Source: a virus
Lineage: Duplodnaviria > Caudoviricetes
IMG/VR virus record: IMGVR_UViG_3300021431_000092
Location: 1 to 64,000 of that record
Strand: one strand, 5' to 3'
DNA: 64,000 nucleotides
Part shown: piece after piece, positions 48,774-58,485 of the stretch
How positions within the stretch are numbered: the first letter of the stretch is position 1
Layout: each line of letters starts with the position of its first letter
Program-made: the position numbers and the translations under genes
The notes under the pieces: model-generated
Databases searched by the model: none
What the model saw: the letters and a program-made list of their open reading frames with translations, nothing else
What the model was told of the DNA's origin: nothing

Positions 48774-49084
48774 ACCTCAGCATTCCGCATATGTTTACCG
48801 CAATTCGGACAGTATCTTGTTTTGGATTCATTCTTTTTATGACACGCAGAACATTCTTCTCTGTGTTCATGACCATCATGTGTCATTGAGCCACCAAGTA
48901 TTACTGTTTTCCACTCTGCTTCTTCTCGTTCGACCTTCGGTGCGTTTTCAATATCATCCATAATAGCATCGCGCATTCTTTTCATGCCATCGTATTCTTC
49001 TTTGCTAAGGCATACACTCATTGATACACAATGGTCAAACACAGCTTCAATGAGGGCTTCTCTGCTTATCAAATCCTGATCCAA
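48770..49084 (-). CDS. Hypothetical phage protein with C-terminal Zn ribbon
   Basis: DLISREAL..ECSAC..YCPNCG.HM. Confidence 0.75.
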   Translation of the reverse strand: MDQDLISREALIEAVFDHCVSMSVCLSKEEYDGMKRMRDAIMDDIENAPKVEREEAEWKTVILGGSMTHDGHEHREECSACHKKNESKTRYCPNCGKHMRNAEV

Positions 49085-49090
49085 TCATCT

Positions 49091-49285
49091 TCACTCCCCT
49101 GCAATCCATAAACCGCAGTGACACGCGCCTGCTTCTCCAGACGCAATCTGATCTCTGAAGTCTTTGCATTTACATTTTGTATCCTTTGTTTTCACAAGTT
49201 TACACGGACAGTAACCATTGTTCTCTTTAATACGCTTTTTTACCTCAGCGGCATACTCCTCATCTGGATTCTGATAAACTCTCAT
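49091..49285 (-). CDS. Ferredoxin-thioredoxin reductase catalytic-subunit-like protein
   Basis: GYCPC..KCKC..CHCGL motifs. Confidence 0.7.
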   Translation of the reverse strand: MRVYQNPDEEYAAEVKKRIKENNGYCPCKLVKTKDTKCKCKDFRDQIASGEAGACHCGLWIAGE

Positions 49286-49470
49286 TATGTATCCGACTCC
49301 TCTCGACAATCAGAGTTCTCAATCTTCTTCATTGTAATATCATGCAGGAACGAATCGATTCCATTGACTTCGATAAATTGAAAGAAGTAGTCGGTATCCA
49401 CATAATACATACATCTAGCGTCACAAAAATCGCATCTTCCTTCTTCAAGGCATTTTCTATTAAGACACAT
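49285..49470 (-). CDS. Small Cys-rich hypothetical protein
   Basis: 61 aa; tightly packed between neighbouring genes. Confidence 0.5.
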   Translation of the reverse strand: MCLNRKCLEEGRCDFCDARCMYYVDTDYFFQFIEVNGIDSFLHDITMKKIENSDCREESDT

Positions 49471-50551
49471 TTTTATAATCCTCCAAACACTGTTTTATAA
49501 TATGTGTAATAACATCACAAGTCCATCCATTACCAAGCATCTTATACGCCTGAGTATTAGACACACACGAGAAGTCATACCACTCTGGGACTGTCTGAAG
49601 CCTCTTACACTCACTAACAGTAAGCTTTCGTATAGTGTATTTCCCGTCGTCAAGCTTAATAGGATACATACGTCCGTTTGCTTCGACCTGCCCGTTTATA
49701 ACCGTATACACTCTTTTGTCAGACGGCGATGCACTAACCGCATACAAACCAGTTTTACCACCAGATCCTCCGGCATTTGCTTTTATCCCACAAGCCTTTC
49801 CATTGACATCATATACTCTAAATGCTTGTCCATTTGTTTGAACCCCGTCGTTCTCGCGTGGAAGAACCCAAACTTTTATGGGTTCCGCGACAAGAGTTCT
49901 TCTAGCCTTTCCTAAAAACCCCTGAATGGACTGCCCTTTATATTCAGTTGCCGTTATAGCGTGTGATTTACTTGCTAACGGTATCGCCTGATCTATAATG
50001 TCTTTTAGCATAATTCCCTTATCTTCCGGCTGTGTTATGTTTGCAGTTTTATACGTTCCGTCTACCTGTCTTACGCCAGCCCAATATAATCTATTTCTGT
50101 TTTGAGCCGACAGGAGAGCGCTGTTAATACATATAGGCTCAAAACCGAATGTCTTAGAGATGCTGTCCCTTATATCTTGGCTCATGCTTTTATTGTTCTC
50201 ATAGATAAACATCTTTGGCTTGCATTCTTTGAGAGCTCTCACGTATTGCGAGAACAACTCCCATCCAATGCCTGATGCTATCATTTCTCTTCTGTCTGCG
50301 TGTTGAGCTATAGACCAATGAGTGCACGGCGAACCACCAATAAGAAAATCATAACCACAAAATTCGCTAAAATCGGCAGTAAATACATCGCCATGTTCTT
50401 TAATTTCTGGAAAGTTGTGTGTTGCGGTTTTAATTGCATACTTGTCAATTTCAAACGCATCATATTCATCAACCTGAACTCCTGCGTTTTTCATAGCAAT
50501 CATGCCACAAGCCATGCCGTCGAATAAACTTAATATTCTCAAGCATATCAC
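49460..50551 (-). CDS. DNA (cytosine-5) methyltransferase
   Basis: LSLFDG, GGSPC, YENN, QNRNRLYW, RKLTVSECKRLQ, LGNGW. Confidence 0.92.
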   Translation of the reverse strand: MICLRILSLFDGMACGMIAMKNAGVQVDEYDAFEIDKYAIKTATHNFPEIKEHGDVFTADFSEFCGYDFLIGGSPCTHWSIAQHADRREMIASGIGWELFSQYVRALKECKPKMFIYENNKSMSQDIRDSISKTFGFEPICINSALLSAQNRNRLYWAGVRQVDGTYKTANITQPEDKGIMLKDIIDQAIPLASKSHAITATEYKGQSIQGFLGKARRTLVAEPIKVWVLPRENDGVQTNGQAFRVYDVNGKACGIKANAGGSGGKTGLYAVSASPSDKRVYTVINGQVEANGRMYPIKLDDGKYTIRKLTVSECKRLQTVPEWYDFSCVSNTQAYKMLGNGWTCDVITHIIKQCLEDYKNVS

Positions 50552-50646
50552 TTACTTCCGCCGTCAGAACCGCCATCGATGGTATTCATCAAAATGGCAA
50601 GCACAACAATCATGGCAATGACAAGTACGATAGTTTTTGCATCCAC
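50548..50646 (-). CDS. Tiny membrane peptide (32 aa)
   Basis: MDAKTIVLVIAMIVVLAILMNTIDGGSDGGSK*; exactly fills the gap, abutting the upstream stop and overlapping the downstream start. Confidence 0.5.
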   Translation of the reverse strand: MDAKTIVLVIAMIVVLAILMNTIDGGSDGGSK

Positions 50647-50883
50647 TCAGGCATCATCCTTAACAGAAATGACTTCCATAATCTGTTCCCAGTTGTTGAC
50701 ATCCGCTTCAAGTTTAAGCCATTCTTGAAAACCCGTGATACAATCAGGTTTGTATTCTGTATCTGCACACGACTTTTTTATACAAGCGAGACATCTTGCA
50801 ACAGTCGTGAGTTTACGAAGTCTCTCCGGAGACAATGTTTTTACAACGTCATAATTCGTAGCTTTTCTTCCCAAAAATATCAC
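50647..50883 (-). CDS. Hypothetical protein
   Basis: 78-aa ORF in the operon. Confidence 0.55.
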   Translation of the reverse strand: MIFLGRKATNYDVVKTLSPERLRKLTTVARCLACIKKSCADTEYKPDCITGFQEWLKLEADVNNWEQIMEVISVKDDA

Positions 50884-50889
50884 CTCTTA

Positions 50890-51375
50890 TTAACAGATCC
50901 TCTTCGCATATTGGTTGTCGCTTGCTAAATGCACACCAAGAACTTCATCGAAACGCCCTTCTTGGTTTGGAATAAAGCGTCCAAATTTTATTACTATATT
51001 GCCAAACCGTGATAGTTCGTACAATTTATCAGCAACTTCTTCTTCTTTGTATCCAGTGTAGATTACTACATCATCATTACACGCAAACTCATTTCTTAGA
51101 ATGTATATGAAGTTCTTCATCTCTTCGTATTGCAGAAACGGTTCAAGCAAACCGAACACGATCGCGTGTGTAATTGTATTGGATAAATACTTTTTTATCA
51201 CTGCTCGGTCGTCTACCGTGGAAACTTTTGTAGTATGCCATACATTGTTTATGCACACCGATGGGGAGAATCCCCCATCGGTGCAGCATTTTCCATCGCA
51301 GTCGACACAACCAATAAACATTGATGACTTTTTGTAGTTTGTAAAGTCTTCAGTTACGATTGTTCGAACTCGCAT
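50890..51375 (-). CDS. nrdG: Anaerobic RNR activase (radical SAM, NrdG-like)
   Basis: CVDCDGKCC; VVIYTGY; KFGRF; LASDNQY; follows nrdD. Confidence 0.8.
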   Translation of the reverse strand: MRVRTIVTEDFTNYKKSSMFIGCVDCDGKCCTDGGFSPSVCINNVWHTTKVSTVDDRAVIKKYLSNTITHAIVFGLLEPFLQYEEMKNFIYILRNEFACNDDVVIYTGYKEEEVADKLYELSRFGNIVIKFGRFIPNQEGRFDEVLGVHLASDNQYAKRIC

Positions 51376-53147
51376 TCGATATCACCAACTGTAATCTGTG
51401 CTCTATCTTCAAACTCGGCTCTCTTTCCTTTGTTGAAGTTATCAATGCATCTGAGATAGCCTGTGATTCTCTGATAAAGCTTGAGTCTCTTCTTGCAGAT
51501 AGGGCATTTATCGACGATTTCTTTGACGTAACCATGCTCTTCACAATATCTTGAGATCGGTGAGAGACTCATGTACGGCACACGATACTTAGTGAACATG
51601 CCGCGAACAATTTCCTTTGCCTTTTCGCCGCTAATTGCACCCTCAAGATAGCAATGAATGACCGTTCCGCCGGTAAACTGTGTCTGAAGATCGTCCTGAT
51701 GTGCGAAAGTTGAGTCGATATCCTTGATGAGAGACACCGGAATGTGACAACTGTTCGTGTAATACACGTCAGAACCACTTCCCTGAGTGAAAATATCTGG
51801 ATATGTGCGCTTATCAATGAGTGCGAGACGATAACATGTCGATTCAGCGGGTGTTGCTTCATAATTGTAGAGGTGTCCTGTCTCTTCCTGATATGTGATA
51901 AGCCGATTTCTGATAAATTCACCGACTTCTACGCAGAATTTATGCGCCTCGTCGTCCAAAATGTTCTTGTGCATGAAGTTTTCGCACATTTCATTCATTC
52001 CGACAATGCCGATCGTTGAAAAATGGTTGTTGATCGATCCAACATACTCCATGTATGCTGGAATCAGGCTCGTTCCGATCACGTTTTTCTCAAGCCACGC
52101 CCGTTTGAGCTCAAGACTGTCCTTTGCAATGTCAAGGTACTTGCTGAGTTCTTCGAAAAACCGCTCTTTATTGCCGCTTGACTCGTATGCAATACGCGGA
52201 AGGTTAATTGTGACAACTCCGATAGACCCGGTTGAGTCTCCAGAACCAAACAGACCGCCGTTTCTGTGTCTAAGTTCGCTCAGGTCGAGTCTGAGACGGC
52301 AGCACATGGATCTCACGTCGCTAATATCGAGCTCACTGTTGATGAAATTAGCGAAGTATGGAGTGCCGTACTTACCTGCGAGCTCCCAGAGGAGCTTGTT
52401 ATTCGGATTATCCCAGTCGAAACGACTGTGGATATTATATGTGGGAATTGGATAAGCAAAGAGTTTGCCCTCCGCGTCTCCCTCAAGCATAATCTCAAAG
52501 AAGATTCTGTTGAGGAGATCCATTTCCTGCTGACAAGAACCGTATGTGAAGCTCACCATGTCTCCGCCGATAATACAATACTCATCCATCATATCATCAG
52601 GAGGCGTGAGATCGAATGTGAGATTAAAGAATGCCGGTTCTGCGCCAGCTCTGCTATTAGAATTTACGCTGTAAATAAAGTTTTGAAGTGCCTGATACAC
52701 CTCATCGTATGTAAGGCGATCCTGTTTAATAAACGGAGCCAGAAGTGTATCAAAACCATTGAATGCAACTGCGCCCATTATCTCGTTTTGATAGATAGTA
52801 ACCAGATTTGCACACTGGTTCAGAACGCTATCAAAGTGTTTCGCTGGAGAAGACACAGGTACATTCTGAATACCCCTCACACCCTTGAGAAGAATCTCTT
52901 TAAGGGAATACCCACAACAGTATAGCGTCATTCCTCCGAGATCGTGGATATGAATATGACCATCAATGTATGCCTGAGCGATATTCTCGTCTGCGGAATA
53001 CACTTCTCTTAGCCAATAATCCTTACTCACTTCTGCTGTGATATACTTATTCATTGCTCCAAAGCTAAACGGTGCGTTTGAATTCTCTTTTACGCGCCAA
53101 TCTGCCTGCTTAAGATAAGGTTCAATAATACTCTTACTACTTTTCAT
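51354..53147 (-). CDS. nrdD: Class III anaerobic ribonucleotide reductase (no ATP cone)
   Basis: IHIHDL..YCC, RSMCCRL, TPAES, YTNS, FTGG, CEEH..CPIC, RITGYL glycyl-radical motif. Confidence 0.95.
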   Translation of the reverse strand: MKSSKSIIEPYLKQADWRVKENSNAPFSFGAMNKYITAEVSKDYWLREVYSADENIAQAYIDGHIHIHDLGGMTLYCCGYSLKEILLKGVRGIQNVPVSSPAKHFDSVLNQCANLVTIYQNEIMGAVAFNGFDTLLAPFIKQDRLTYDEVYQALQNFIYSVNSNSRAGAEPAFFNLTFDLTPPDDMMDEYCIIGGDMVSFTYGSCQQEMDLLNRIFFEIMLEGDAEGKLFAYPIPTYNIHSRFDWDNPNNKLLWELAGKYGTPYFANFINSELDISDVRSMCCRLRLDLSELRHRNGGLFGSGDSTGSIGVVTINLPRIAYESSGNKERFFEELSKYLDIAKDSLELKRAWLEKNVIGTSLIPAYMEYVGSINNHFSTIGIVGMNEMCENFMHKNILDDEAHKFCVEVGEFIRNRLITYQEETGHLYNYEATPAESTCYRLALIDKRTYPDIFTQGSGSDVYYTNSCHIPVSLIKDIDSTFAHQDDLQTQFTGGTVIHCYLEGAISGEKAKEIVRGMFTKYRVPYMSLSPISRYCEEHGYVKEIVDKCPICKKRLKLYQRITGYLRCIDNFNKGKRAEFEDRAQITVGDIECEFEQS

Positions 53148-53153
53148 ATCGAA

Positions 53154-53375
53154 TTACCGTCTTTCCCAATCAACAACCCACTTAACTGCGTTCTTAAAGT
53201 CCATAATTTCTCCATTTACTCCAAGAGCAGGAGCACTTTTCAGACCGAGCTTAAGCATTTCATCGACATCACTTACTGTCTCGTATGTGATTCCCGCCTG
53301 ATCGAGCTTACGCTTCAGCATCTTACACTGCGGACAACCTGTTGAATATAAAACCACGCTTTCATTTTCATTCAT
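53154..53375 (-). CDS. nrdH: Glutaredoxin-like protein NrdH
   Basis: LYSTGCPQC..SAPAL. Confidence 0.85.
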   Translation of the reverse strand: MNENESVVLYSTGCPQCKMLKRKLDQAGITYETVSDVDEMLKLGLKSAPALGVNGEIMDFKNAVKWVVDWERR

Positions 53376-53967
53376 TGCACTCACCTCCCATATGTCTTTC
53401 AATCAGCTTAATATATCTGTATACATCATCCCAATTTAACGCTCTTACGAATCGGAATATATCCCCATCTTCATCCGATCGAACGAAGCCACTGGATTCT
53501 TCGCCACGATTGTGCGGCGCGTCAAATAGGATGCAATAACAGTCAACACCGTCAAAATTAAACGGTGCATCATCTATAAGCACATCGCCTTTTATCATAT
53601 CTTTGCGCTGTGTTACGATGATGTTGTTGTGTTTAATCATCGGCAAATTTGGTAGTATTAATTCAGTCCACTTTTTGCCGATAGTTGTTAGCATCGACGA
53701 GGTTACTATAAACACCTCGTGCCCGTCTGCTATAATTTTCTCTAGTGTTTCCCGTGCACCGGGGATGATCGATGCACGAGACCACACTTCTCCGCTGTCC
53801 AGTGGTGAATATATCTCATCGCGAGAAAGCGTCGGGAAGAACTCTGAAACATCCCATTTGCTGACGTCATCGTACTTCACAGTAGTACCATAACGCTCAT
53901 TCAGCAAGTCCACCCACGCTCGTCCCGTGTTAATAAGAACGTCATCGAGGTCTACGAGTATTTTCAT
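53368..53967 (-). CDS. 5'(3')-deoxyribonucleotidase (HAD, NT5C-like)
   Basis: ILVDLDDVL, IVTS, DVLIDD, FDAPHN. Confidence 0.88.
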   Translation of the reverse strand: MKILVDLDDVLINTGRAWVDLLNERYGTTVKYDDVSKWDVSEFFPTLSRDEIYSPLDSGEVWSRASIIPGARETLEKIIADGHEVFIVTSSMLTTIGKKWTELILPNLPMIKHNNIIVTQRKDMIKGDVLIDDAPFNFDGVDCYCILFDAPHNRGEESSGFVRSDEDGDIFRFVRALNWDDVYRYIKLIERHMGGECNE

Positions 53968-53988
53968 TAAAACCAGTCCTATGTGATT

Positions 53989-54822
53989 TTAGTCAAGCAG
54001 TTCGGCCATCGCCGCAGTCTCACTTCTCTCAGGCTTAAGCAGTTTGACATAGCCAAAACGAGGATGGCCAGCTAGCTTTGTAACCGCGATATCCATACCA
54101 CTATTCTTTACGAAAATATCGGCGTCTCTCTGTTTAAGGTCGCCATCAAACCAGATTGCAGATCCTGTTCCGACTCGACTGATAAGGAGTTGCGTGTGTT
54201 CTTTTGTTAAATTCTCAGCCTCTGTTACAAAGATAATAGAGTTCTTAATATCTCGGCCTCTCATAAAACCAAGATGTGCGATCTCTACCTTTCTATCCCT
54301 AATAAGCATCTCAAGACCGTACTCTCCGCCTACATGATCGGCAAGCGGCATTGCGAAATTCCAAAGCTTCTCGTTCATCTCACCCGGAAGATATCCTATT
54401 GGTTTCGTGTTTTTAACCTCGATATTGTTTCGAACGAAGATAATCTTATCATATTTTCCGGACTCGACCATCTCAATGGCAGCGGCGCTAAACAGATACG
54501 TTTTGCCACTTCCGGTCTTTCCTGCTATGATTTTTACTGTAATGTCGTCATTGTAAATCATATCGACAGCAAGTTCTTGCTGTGTGTTTCTCGGAGAAAC
54601 CTTTTCTACAACATGATTGCGTTTAATACTTCTTCTCTTTACCTCGACGAATTTCTCTCCGTCCCATCTATACTTCGTATCGAGTTCTTCACCGTTGTGG
54701 TTGATAATGAGATATTCGTTTGTAAGGATTCCGAAGTTGTATGTCATTCCGTTTTCATAGAACTCAGCAAGCTCTTCGTCTGTCATATCGACAACCCTAT
54801 ATCCAGTGTATTCCTCACTCAT
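53989..54822 (-). CDS. phoH: PhoH-family ATPase
   Basis: GKTGSGKT, IGYLPG, FMRGRD, TEAEN, DGDLKQ.D, RSE.A. Confidence 0.9.
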   Translation of the reverse strand: MSEEYTGYRVVDMTDEELAEFYENGMTYNFGILTNEYLIINHNGEELDTKYRWDGEKFVEVKRRSIKRNHVVEKVSPRNTQQELAVDMIYNDDITVKIIAGKTGSGKTYLFSAAAIEMVESGKYDKIIFVRNNIEVKNTKPIGYLPGEMNEKLWNFAMPLADHVGGEYGLEMLIRDRKVEIAHLGFMRGRDIKNSIIFVTEAENLTKEHTQLLISRVGTGSAIWFDGDLKQRDADIFVKNSGMDIAVTKLAGHPRFGYVKLLKPERSETAAMAELLD

Positions 54823-54833
54823 TTTTTCACACC

Positions 54834-55499
54834 TCACATAATGTCTTCGATTTCGCAGTCGACCGACAAAATCTCATCGACCACACCGAGCTCCTTCGCC
54901 TCATCTGCAAACATATACCACTCAGTCCTGAACTTTGCATCGTACAGCTCAGAAGAAATCTTTGTGCAAGCAAGAACCATAGCTTTGAGTCTGTTGTCTA
55001 CGCGGTCATTAAACTCCATCAGATCTCTTGTCTTAGATGCGCTTCCAGAAGCGGAAACCGAGCCATCGTGCATAAGGAATGTAGCGTTTCTGCTTGCGAT
55101 TCTCTTATGCGCTACAATATAAATCATAAAACCCATAGAGTAGCATGTACCAAGATTAACTACATGGATCGGCGTCTTACTACACTGAATCAGATCGATA
55201 AGCTTCAAACCAGCACTAACATCTCCGCCGGGAGTGTCGAGGTAAATTGTAATCGGCTTGCGCTCATTCGGATCAATATCATTATCCTCTCTGTTATAAT
55301 GAATAATTGCCTTACAGAGATCCTCAATGCTAACAGCGTCAATCGCATCAGTGATGAAATGCTTTCTATCCTGATATTCCTTCAGGTAGAAGTAATCATC
55401 AATACCCATTCCCTTTTTGGCATTTGTGAATGCGTCGCTGATGTCGATTACGAAATCCGGATCGAACGTATTCTTAGTTTTGCCAGTATACTTACTCAT
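54834..55499 (-). CDS. clpP: ClpP-family protease
   Basis: LDTPGGDV..CYSMG (Ser)..FLMHD (His)..ADEAKELGVVDEI. Confidence 0.88.
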   Translation of the reverse strand: MSKYTGKTKNTFDPDFVIDISDAFTNAKKGMGIDDYFYLKEYQDRKHFITDAIDAVSIEDLCKAIIHYNREDNDIDPNERKPITIYLDTPGGDVSAGLKLIDLIQCSKTPIHVVNLGTCYSMGFMIYIVAHKRIASRNATFLMHDGSVSASGSASKTRDLMEFNDRVDNRLKAMVLACTKISSELYDAKFRTEWYMFADEAKELGVVDEILSVDCEIEDIM

Positions 55500-55520
55500 A
55501 ATTTTATCCTCCGTATGTAG

Positions 55521-56078
55521 TTATTTCTTCGAGCGGTATTCCGCAAGTCTTTTCTGGTATGCCTCTGTGTTGACATAACCACAACAAACCTTTTCATCTT
55601 CTGGACAAAAACCACGATAGATGCATTCAGGAACGCAGACCGATGCGAGAATCGGATCGTGCTTTTCAAGTTCTGCGATTACCTCTTTCCACGCATCTCT
55701 CGTTTCTTTTGAAGCTTGACTACACAGTCTCTTGCGACTTATGTTAATCAAGGCCTGTGCATTGGCGTCACACTCGTGATCTACCGGCGCACTCTGCGGG
55801 GAATCATTGCGGTTCACACCCGTTCTGTCTGATCTCTGCGTGCTTACATAATGCTCAATACCATACTTGTGCCGAACAAAATGAACAGAAACCCAGCTCA
55901 TGATGTTCTTCCACTTCCAACCGACCTTGATTTTGCGAATCGGGCTGTGCTCTGCAAGCAGAATCGTTTTCTTCCAAGAATCAGACGGATATGTACCTTC
56001 TCCATCTCTCCTTATTGTTGTTCGCGCTGCGGCCTTTACCTTTCCCCATACATCTTTGTAATCGAAAAACGCAAGCAT
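55521..56078 (-). CDS. thyX: Flavin-dependent thymidylate synthase-like protein
   Basis: AEHSPI, HFVRH..STQR, RKRLC..A..E.R, CPE. Confidence 0.8.
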   Translation of the reverse strand: MLAFFDYKDVWGKVKAAARTTIRRDGEGTYPSDSWKKTILLAEHSPIRKIKVGWKWKNIMSWVSVHFVRHKYGIEHYVSTQRSDRTGVNRNDSPQSAPVDHECDANAQALINISRKRLCSQASKETRDAWKEVIAELEKHDPILASVCVPECIYRGFCPEDEKVCCGYVNTEAYQKRLAEYRSKK

Positions 56079-56091
56079 AACTTCCTCCTTA

Positions 56092-56634
56092 CTATGTTGT
56101 AGGAAACAGTTTGAAAAACTCGTCAAGTTCATTGCTGTCAATCTTTTTTGTCGGATTATCTCTACAATGCCTGTAAACCTCTTTTGTAAACCACCCCACT
56201 TCTACTGTCATCCAGTCCGGACTGAGTATTTCCTTGCATTTCTTTTTTGCATACCCAACAACATCATCGTATATATCATCTTCTACGAAGATATTGCCAA
56301 CTCTTCCGACATGCCAATTCTTGGTAATAACACTATATGTGCTATAAAATCTGACTTTTATACACGTTTTATAACTACATATTGTGTCATCATAGTCATT
56401 GAGACACAATATATTGTATATAGGCCGATGCATCCAGTATATATGTTGAAACGCATTATCATTTGTTAGTTCTGTTCGAAACTCATCAAAATACCAATCA
56501 CATCTTCTCTGATTTGGTAATAACACGGCACACTCCGGTTTGTATAAAACATATTTATACTTACCATCACGGTGCATACGATCATTTAACTCGTAAACAA
56601 CAGTGGATAGTTCTGATAACCTGTGAATATTCAT
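56092..56634 (-). CDS. Hypothetical protein (paralog of 56645..57139)
   Basis: GAGG RBS; MNIHRLS..KVRFYS..FVEDDIYDD..ELDEFF. Confidence 0.7.
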   Translation of the reverse strand: MNIHRLSELSTVVYELNDRMHRDGKYKYVLYKPECAVLLPNQRRCDWYFDEFRTELTNDNAFQHIYWMHRPIYNILCLNDYDDTICSYKTCIKVRFYSTYSVITKNWHVGRVGNIFVEDDIYDDVVGYAKKKCKEILSPDWMTVEVGWFTKEVYRHCRDNPTKKIDSNELDEFFKLFPTT

Positions 56635-56644
56635 GATAAAAACC

Positions 56645-57139
56645 TCATACAAATGAATCAAAAAACTCATCCAGAGCAAGCGTATCTATCTTCTTTTCCT
56701 TTTCTGTTTTCTTTCTCCGCTTCCTATAAATATTTTGAACAAACCAATCTAATGATACGTATTTCTCCTCAAGCTGATAGGATTCGGCAAACCTAGAAAA
56801 TATATCATCGTACATGTCGTCAGGAACAAATACACAACTAGCAAGTTTAACAATATCTTCAGGCATTGATTTGGCACTGTAAAACCAAACTTTTACAGCC
56901 GGCGGCCCGTTATTAAAACCAAGTTGATATGCCCTAACAGAGTATGGATAATTAGATACTGCTACGTTCCCATAAACACTCCTGTAGATATGACTGCGAA
57001 TCATTTCATATCTTGCGTCAATCGCGGCACTATACGCAGCCTTCTTGCTATTCAAAAGTGCAAAATAGCTATTATCAATTCCCTGTTCAAAATCGCGACT
57101 TGTCTTTGCTTCGATGCATGAAATCCTGTGCAACTCCAT
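56645..57139 (-). CDS. Hypothetical protein (paralog of 56092..56634)
   Basis: MELHRIS..KVWFYS..FVPDDMYDD..ALDEFF. Confidence 0.7.
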   Translation of the reverse strand: MELHRISCIEAKTSRDFEQGIDNSYFALLNSKKAAYSAAIDARYEMIRSHIYRSVYGNVAVSNYPYSVRAYQLGFNNGPPAVKVWFYSAKSMPEDIVKLASCVFVPDDMYDDIFSRFAESYQLEEKYVSLDWFVQNIYRKRRKKTEKEKKIDTLALDEFFDSFV

Positions 57140-57534
57140 TACCCATCACCCCCAAACTCGTTAAAGAAATTATCAAGCTCTCCGTTGAGATCCTCGTTAG
57201 AGCCAAAGCATAGGGGTTCCTTTGGCATTTTTTCAAGCTCTCTTATAGTCTCTAGCGCTCTAAGATATTCGTCGTCAATTACATTACCACGAGAATCGTA
57301 CACCTGCTGTCCCATAAGCGATATACGATCTATACTAAAACTACTGTCAATTGGTATGCCGAGAAGCCTACGTTCCCATTCGCTGTATTCATACGTAGGA
57401 ATTTCGTATGAAACAACAGGGGTGTTTATTATCGCCTCCTGCTCTCTCAGTTCATCCCACATAACCCAATCATCGGTGCGTACTATCTTGTATTCTAATG
57501 GCTTATTGTCATGCAATCTCAACATATAAATCAC
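57139..57534 (-). CDS. Hypothetical protein ending ELDNFFNEF
   Basis: 131 aa; tightly packed after dnaE. Confidence 0.65.
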   Translation of the reverse strand: MIYMLRLHDNKPLEYKIVRTDDWVMWDELREQEAIINTPVVSYEIPTYEYSEWERRLLGIPIDSSFSIDRISLMGQQVYDSRGNVIDDEYLRALETIRELEKMPKEPLCFGSNEDLNGELDNFFNEFGGDG

Positions 57535-57535
57535 C

Positions 57536-58485
57536 TCACATAAGCTTTTGGTAAGATGTCATCCTGAAGTATTCGCCATCGCGTTCATAATGCAGACATA
57601 CAATCAGATCATCTTTGCTTATAGATCCACAAGATTCAACAGTCCTGTTAAAAACCGTGAACCGAGACTCCTTCCCGCTACCTATAGATCTCGTAACAAC
57701 TGAATAACCAAACTGTTTACCATCCTTTTTACGTTTCAAAGGATATATATTTGTCACATAAAGCTTCGGCCTATCCTCTTGTCTGCCTGAAACAAACCCC
57801 ATATACCCCATTATTTCTGTGAAGTTTCGCGCCTTCAAAACCACGCTCAAATCTTCCATGCCAGCCGCTTTAATTGCGTCTTCAGCCTCTTTCAGAATTG
57901 AATCGATATCCAGAAGCGTATAGCTCTTCGCTTCTGCTCCTGCCTTTGTGACTCCGACTGCATACTTCTTAACGATCGGCTCAAGCGGCGTTCCGTCAAC
58001 CTTTTCCCTCTGAACTTTCTTTGCCTCTCCCTGTTTGAAGACCTCGTAGAACAGCTCTGTAATTCTAAATAGCTCTCTTTGGTTGCCAAATTCAGAAAAG
58101 AAATCTATCTTAATCAGAATATCAAGCTGTCTTGAATCGATCGATGTCTCCGTTAATGCGTTCAACACGTCTACGAATCTGTCATATTTATGCTCTTTTG
58201 ATAACTCATACAACTCATCGGCCACTTTACTGCCGATGTACTTTACAGACGCAAGACCTTTTGAGATCATGTTTTCTTCTTTGTTAAAGAAGTATCCACT
58301 TCTCGACGTTCCCCACTTAGGCATCGTCACTCTGATCTTTCGCTTATGAGCATATGCCGTTCCGTTAATAATGTCATCATCGTTTGCCGCGTTATTTAGG
58401 AATGATGTTATAAACTCAAATGGATAGTAGTATCTGAAATACGCACAAAGATATCCGAGCAGACAATATGCGATACTATGATTGT
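57536..58485 (-). CDS. dnaE: DNA polymerase III alpha subunit, exon 2
   Basis: After splicing: YQFG-Y-NHSIAYCLLGYLCAYFRYYYP; GLASVKYIG HhH motif. Confidence 0.9.
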
